Source of the DNA: an uncultured Clostridium sp.
GTDB taxonomy: Bacteria; Bacillota; Clostridia; TANB77; CAG-508
DNA length: 64,000 nt
Direction: 5' to 3'
Assembly (NCBI GenBank): GCA_964370905.1
Contig: CAYJKK010000006.1
Span: 18,345-82,344, forward strand
Of the stretch, positions 59,828 to 64,000 are shown piece after piece (within the stretch, counting starts at the first letter, position 1; every line of letters starts with the position of its first letter). The notes below the pieces were generated by a model, which saw only the letters and a list, made by a program, of their open reading frames with translations, was not told the DNA's origin and ran no database searches. The position numbers and the translations under genes were made by a program.

Positions 59828-60895
59828 ATGAGCAATTTAGAAAGATATGGAATAAATGAACGATTTAAAATAGAGTCAACAATGTATAAAGAATATACAT
59901 TAGGTAGGATAATAGAACATCACAAGGGAATATATAAAGTCGTAATAGAAGATAAAATAGTTAGTGCAGAAATATCAGGAAAATTTAGATTTGAAACAGA
60001 AGAACTTGTTAAATATCCAGCAATTGGAGATTATGTAATGATAGATTTATTAGATGAAAATTCAAACTCTATAATACATAAAGTGCTAACTAGAAAAAGT
60101 ATATTTACAAGAACTTCAGTAAGTGAAAAGTTAGAAGAACAAGTAATAGCAACAAATATTGATATAGTTTTTATTTGTATGTCACTAAATAAAAACTATA
60201 ACTTAAACAGATTAGAAAGATATTTATCTATCGTTTGGGATAGCAAAGCAAAACCTGTAATAATATTAACAAAATCAGACTTATGTGATGAGTTAGATGA
60301 TATTATTAAAGCTGTTGAAAAAGTTTCAATGTATTCAGATATAGTAATAACGTCGATGTATGATGAAAATCCAGAAGAGAAATTAGCTAAATACTTAAAT
60401 ATAGGAATGACAGCAGCTTTTGTAGGTTCATCAGGTGTAGGAAAAACAACATTAATAAATAGACTAATTCAAGAAAAAAAATTAGAAACAAAAGAAATTG
60501 GAAAAGCAGATAAAGGAAAACATACAACAACATCAAAAAGTATGCTAGTTAGTAAGTATGGTGGAGTGGTAATTGATACTCCAGGTATGAGAGAGTTAGG
60601 AATATCGTCTGCAAATACAGAAGTAACATTTAGTGATATAGAAGAGTTAATAGATAGGTGTAAATTTAGTAATTGTACACATACAAATGAGCCAGGTTGT
60701 GCAATATTAGAAGCACTTGAAAACGAAAAAATTGATGAAAGAAGATTTCAAAACTATATAAAAATTAAAAATGAAGACAGTTATCAAGGTTTAACTGCTA
60801 AAGAAATTGAAATTAAAAAACATGAAAGAATGTTTAAAGATGTTGGTGGTATTAAAAATGCTAGAAAGTTTATAAAAGGTAAAAATAAAAGATAA
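59828..60895 (+). CDS. rsgA: ribosome small subunit-dependent GTPase A (circularly permuted GTPase)
   Basis: OB domain, permuted G motifs (…ILTKSDL…, FVGSSGVGKTTLIN, DTPG) and a C-terminal zinc knuckle CKFSNCTHTNEPGC. Confidence 0.9.
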   Translation: MSNLERYGINERFKIESTMYKEYTLGRIIEHHKGIYKVVIEDKIVSAEISGKFRFETEELVKYPAIGDYVMIDLLDENSNSIIHKVLTRKSIFTRTSVSEKLEEQVIATNIDIVFICMSLNKNYNLNRLERYLSIVWDSKAKPVIILTKSDLCDELDDIIKAVEKVSMYSDIVITSMYDENPEEKLAKYLNIGMTAAFVGSSGVGKTTLINRLIQEKKLETKEIGKADKGKHTTTSKSMLVSKYGGVVIDTPGMRELGISSANTEVTFSDIEELIDRCKFSNCTHTNEPGCAILEALENEKIDERRFQNYIKIKNEDSYQGLTAKEIEIKKHERMFKDVGGIKNARKFIKGKNKR

Positions 60896-60980
60896 TTTGT
60901 AATATTATGTAAAGTATGATATAATAGCTGAGTAGAAAAAATATAAAGGATCCAATAATAATTATTAAGGAGAGAGAAAA

Positions 60981-61841
60981 ATGAACAAAAAGATTCAACT
61001 AGGAATTAAACATTTAGGAAAAGAAGAACTAGACGTATTTTGTACAGCAGTACCTGAATTTTCAGAAGACTATAATTTCGAAGTATCATCAATTCTACAA
61101 AGTAGTAAGGCTGAACAACATATTATTGCTAAAAATGGGAAAATAAGTAGGGACTTAAAACTATATCGGTTTGATGCAAATGTTTTTGTAACCTTTGATG
61201 ATGGGGACACATCAGTTGAATATGAGATTGACGAAAAAGAACATATTGTAGTTTCAAAATTGATAGAAACAGACACAAAATATGGAGAAACTAGAACTAG
61301 GTATGAAGAAAGAACAGAAAAAAAAGCATATGAGTTAAAAACATTTTTTCAAGAAAAACGTCTAAATGAAAACGACTATATTGAAGTAAATGCACAAGTT
61401 ATATCACCTATAGACAGAGAACCATATCCGCCAATTAAATTTTATAAAACTGATAACATAGGAAGTCTAAAAGAGCTGCAAGCTCTAAGTAAAAAGATAC
61501 TAGCAAAGTTTTCTACACTTAAGTTAGAAGAATTAAGAGTCAGACTAGAAACATCAAATCAGAATAATGGTATTGGAATTTTTTTAAATGTAGCAATAGA
61601 AAAAAATATAGTTGTAAAGTATGAATTACAGCAATCAATATTTTCAGAAGATCTAAATGAGCATGTTATATTTGAAAGTTTTACATATCAAAATAAAGAT
61701 GAAGGCAAAAAAAGGACAATACAGTCTAAGGAGTTAAAAGGAACTTTTGAAATACCAAATAGCTATTATAGAGATGAAAAATTCATAAGAGCTGCAAATA
61801 AGAATTTGAATTTATGGATAACAGAACCAATTAAAAATTAA
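60981..61841 (+). CDS. hypothetical protein (286 aa), no recognisable domain
   Basis: Good RBS aaggagaga. Composition is slightly GC-richer, with rare CGT/CCG/GCG codons. Confidence 0.5.
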   Translation: MNKKIQLGIKHLGKEELDVFCTAVPEFSEDYNFEVSSILQSSKAEQHIIAKNGKISRDLKLYRFDANVFVTFDDGDTSVEYEIDEKEHIVVSKLIETDTKYGETRTRYEERTEKKAYELKTFFQEKRLNENDYIEVNAQVISPIDREPYPPIKFYKTDNIGSLKELQALSKKILAKFSTLKLEELRVRLETSNQNNGIGIFLNVAIEKNIVVKYELQQSIFSEDLNEHVIFESFTYQNKDEGKKRTIQSKELKGTFEIPNSYYRDEKFIRAANKNLNLWITEPIKN

Positions 61842-61868
61842 AGAATTAAAAGCTTTAACTTTAATTTA

Positions 61869-61909
61869 AAACTCATATACTCTTAATTAAGAAGTATATG
61901 AGTTTTTTT
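61869..61909. terminator. bidirectional intrinsic terminator (13-bp stem aaactcatatact/agtatatgagttt)
   Basis: Flanked by an A-run on one side and a T-run on the other. Lies between convergent genes 60981-61841(+) and 61912-62379(-). Confidence 0.85.
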
Positions 61910-61911
61910 CG

Positions 61912-62379
61912 TTAAATAATATAATATGATAATGTAGATTGATTAAAGCAAATTAATGTATGAGGCTCAAATAAGTTTTTTAAGTTATAATGCCTCAAAT
62001 CTAGTATTGTAGAAATATCTTTAGCAGGTATACCACAAATATCAGTTGTAAAAGATAAAGTATCTTCATAGTACTCAGGTATAAAATAAAAAAGATATTT
62101 TGTTATGGCAGTAATTGGATCAAACTCCTCCCGTATAAAAATATTAGGGAAATTATCTGGATGTAAAAAAGCGGGATTAAAACTGTCTTGTAATGCAAGT
62201 GTCTTAGTATGATCTGAAGACAAAATAATCAAGTCATATTCTGAGAAATTAAGTAATGTTAAAAAATATATCCGCAAATAATCATATAATAGCCGATATT
62301 CATTAATAGTTAATGACATAGTTTTAGATAAGTTATTTAACAAATCTTTTGAAACACGATTAATAATAGTAATATCCAT
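61912..62379 (-). CDS. hypothetical protein (155 aa), no recognisable domain
   Basis: Single minus-strand ORF divergent from the radical SAM gene. Confidence 0.45.
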   Translation of the reverse strand: MDITIINRVSKDLLNNLSKTMSLTINEYRLLYDYLRIYFLTLLNFSEYDLIILSSDHTKTLALQDSFNPAFLHPDNFPNIFIREEFDPITAITKYLFYFIPEYYEDTLSFTTDICGIPAKDISTILDLRHYNLKNLFEPHTLICFNQSTLSYYII

Positions 62380-62497
62380 AATAGTTCCTCCTTACAGTTG
62401 TTAGAAAGTTAATCAGTAATTTTAAAGTAAGTATATCATAAATATATTAAAAATAGAGAAAAATATGAAATAAAATATAAATATATATTAAAAGTCC

Positions 62498-62526
62498 TTA
62501 CAAATTTATATAAAATATGGTAAAAT
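62498..62526 (+). promoter_or_regulatory. sigma-A promoter TTACAA-17-TAAAAT with extended -10 (TGg), predicted to give a leaderless mRNA
   Basis: ttacaa at 62498-62503 and tgg+taaaat at 62518-62526. The ATG at 62533 lies 7 nt after the -10 element, and there is no usable RBS. Confidence 0.5.
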
Positions 62527-62532
62527 AGGGCT

Positions 62533-63321
62533 ATGGAAAAATTTAAGAAAATATATATAGAAATAACAAATAAATGTAATTTAAAATGTTCTTTTTGTCC
62601 AGATGATGGATTAGAAAAAAAAGAAATGACGATAGAAGAGTTTGAGCTGATATTAAGTAAGATAACTCCATATACTGAATATGTATATTTACATATAAAA
62701 GGTGAGCCACTGTTACATTCAAAATTTAGTGAGATAGTAGATATATGTAAAAAATATAATAAAAAGATAAATATAACTACTAATGGAACTCTTATGAAAT
62801 TAAGGTTTGATAGTTTAAAAAAAGTTCGTCAAATTAATATATCACTTCAAAGTGTAACAAACATAGAAAAATTAAAAGAAATATTAGATGTAGCAGAAGA
62901 GCTAAGTAAGCAAGGAATATATATATCATATAGGTTATGGGCATACAATATGTTAGAAGCTGAAGTTTTAAAAGAATTAGAAACAAGATATGGAAATATA
63001 GAAAATGGTAATGATAAAAAATTAGCAAAAAACATATTTATAAACTTTGAAAAAGAATTTATATGGCCAGACCTAAAAAATGAATATATAAACAAAAAAG
63101 GTACATGTTATGGTACAAGAAGTCATATTGGAATTTTAGTAGATGGAACAATTTTGCCATGCTGTTTAGATAGTAAAGGAATAATAAATTTAGGTAATAT
63201 TTTTAAAGAAAATTTAGTACAAGTGTTAAAAAGTGAAAAATATTTAAAAATTAAAAAGAGTTTTGAAGAAAATAAGTTAGAAGAAGAGTTATGCAAAAAA
63301 TGTGGTTTTTTTACAAATTAA
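62533..63321 (+). CDS. radical SAM protein with C-terminal Cys-rich (SPASM/twitch-like) region
   Basis: CNLKCSFC (CxxxCxxC) at residues 15-22. C-terminal GTCYG...PCCLD...CKKCGFF. 262 aa. Confidence 0.8.
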   Translation: MEKFKKIYIEITNKCNLKCSFCPDDGLEKKEMTIEEFELILSKITPYTEYVYLHIKGEPLLHSKFSEIVDICKKYNKKINITTNGTLMKLRFDSLKKVRQINISLQSVTNIEKLKEILDVAEELSKQGIYISYRLWAYNMLEAEVLKELETRYGNIENGNDKKLAKNIFINFEKEFIWPDLKNEYINKKGTCYGTRSHIGILVDGTILPCCLDSKGIINLGNIFKENLVQVLKSEKYLKIKKSFEENKLEEELCKKCGFFTN

Positions 63322-63400
63322 AAGTAAATATTTAAATTTTAGCAGTTATAATGTATAATATAAATATTAATAATATAGGAAATGAAAGGAAGATAATAAA

Positions 63401-63910
63401 ATGGAAAATTTAACAGGAAAACACAATGTAGAAATAAATGTAGAAGGGTATGGTATAATAGCATTAGAGTTAAATGCAGATGTAGCACCAATAACAGTAA
63501 CTAATTTTATAAAATTAATAGAAGAAGGATTTTATAATGGATTAACATTCCATAGAATAATTGATGGATTCATGATTCAAGGTGGAGATCCACTTGGAAA
63601 TGGAATGGGAGGATCAAGTGAACAAATAAAAGGTGAATTTAGGGGTAATGGAGTACAAAACGATATTTCTCATAAAAGAGGTACAATATCAATGGCAAGG
63701 TCACAATTACGTAATAGCGCAAGTTCACAATTCTTTATAGTACATCAAGACAGTACATTTTTAGATGGACAATATGCAGGATTTGGAAATGTTACATCAG
63801 GGATAGAGATTGTTGATAAAATAGCATATGAAGTAATACCAGAAGATTCAAATGGAACTGTATTAAGACAAAACCAACCTAAAATAGTAGATATTAAAGT
63901 AATAAAATAA
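63401..63910 (+). CDS. peptidyl-prolyl cis-trans isomerase (cytoplasmic cyclophilin)
   Basis: FHRIIDGFMIQGGD...SMARS...QFFI. 169 aa. Confidence 0.9.
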   Translation: MENLTGKHNVEINVEGYGIIALELNADVAPITVTNFIKLIEEGFYNGLTFHRIIDGFMIQGGDPLGNGMGGSSEQIKGEFRGNGVQNDISHKRGTISMARSQLRNSASSQFFIVHQDSTFLDGQYAGFGNVTSGIEIVDKIAYEVIPEDSNGTVLRQNQPKIVDIKVIK

Positions 63911-64000
63911 AAAGTTAAGAGAAATAAGTGTGATACAAATTAAATCCATTTATTTCTCTGTTTTTAATATATATATATTAGAAAATATATGATATAATGG

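Overview
This window is a 64 kb stretch of chromosome from a very AT-rich (about 27-28% GC by eye) spore-forming member of the Firmicutes/Clostridia. Species-level assignment is not possible from sequence alone. Nearly all genes lie on the + strand and coding density is high. No rRNA genes, CRISPR array, integrase or transposase were found. The content is mostly housekeeping. There is an ABC exporter pair followed by prs and a GtrA-like gene, then trpS and obg. On the - strand sits a tsaE-DUF4190-DUF2752-tsaB-rimI operon. On the + strand again: mreB, mtaB, radA, disA, murB, a YvcK-like protein, a glycogen-debranching enzyme, ruvC and holA. A sleB-like cortex hydrolase follows, then a YqeG-type phosphatase, a prepilin peptidase, pepP and efp. 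Next come a FemAB-family gene and an alanine-racemase-like gene, then ftsH, prmC, whiA, hemW and recN. pheS and pheT are separated by a small ORF. The conserved ylxM-ffh-rpsP-KH-rimM-trmD-rplS operon follows. The remainder holds lysS, an M50 protease, tsaD, a metallophosphoesterase, recG, tRNA-Leu(UAG), rsgA, a radical SAM/SPASM enzyme and a cyclophilin. No complete accessory 'system' could be identified with confidence. The most notable observations are: (1) an orphan tRNA-like T-arm/acceptor fragment plus a strong terminator in a structured 270-nt region after sleB; (2) identical phased ATTGTAAT 11-bp repeat arrays upstream of mreB and of a small ORF; (3) a recN sigma-A promoter bracketed by a perfect 12-bp inverted repeat with SOS-box-like half sites; (4) a minus-strand DapA-fold pseudoenzyme lacking the Schiff-base lysine, divergent from a DUF45 metalloprotease that is co-transcribed with a large pilin-like protein; (5) two large paralogous proteins with type IV pilin-like N-termini lacking Glu+5, one next to tRNA-Leu, and an orphan prepilin peptidase; (6) a FemAB / divergent racemase / membrane protein cell-wall cluster; and (7) a small possibly acquired block of two unknown proteins plus a leaderless radical SAM/SPASM enzyme. 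All calls rest on reading the translated ORFs and motifs by eye. No database search was run.
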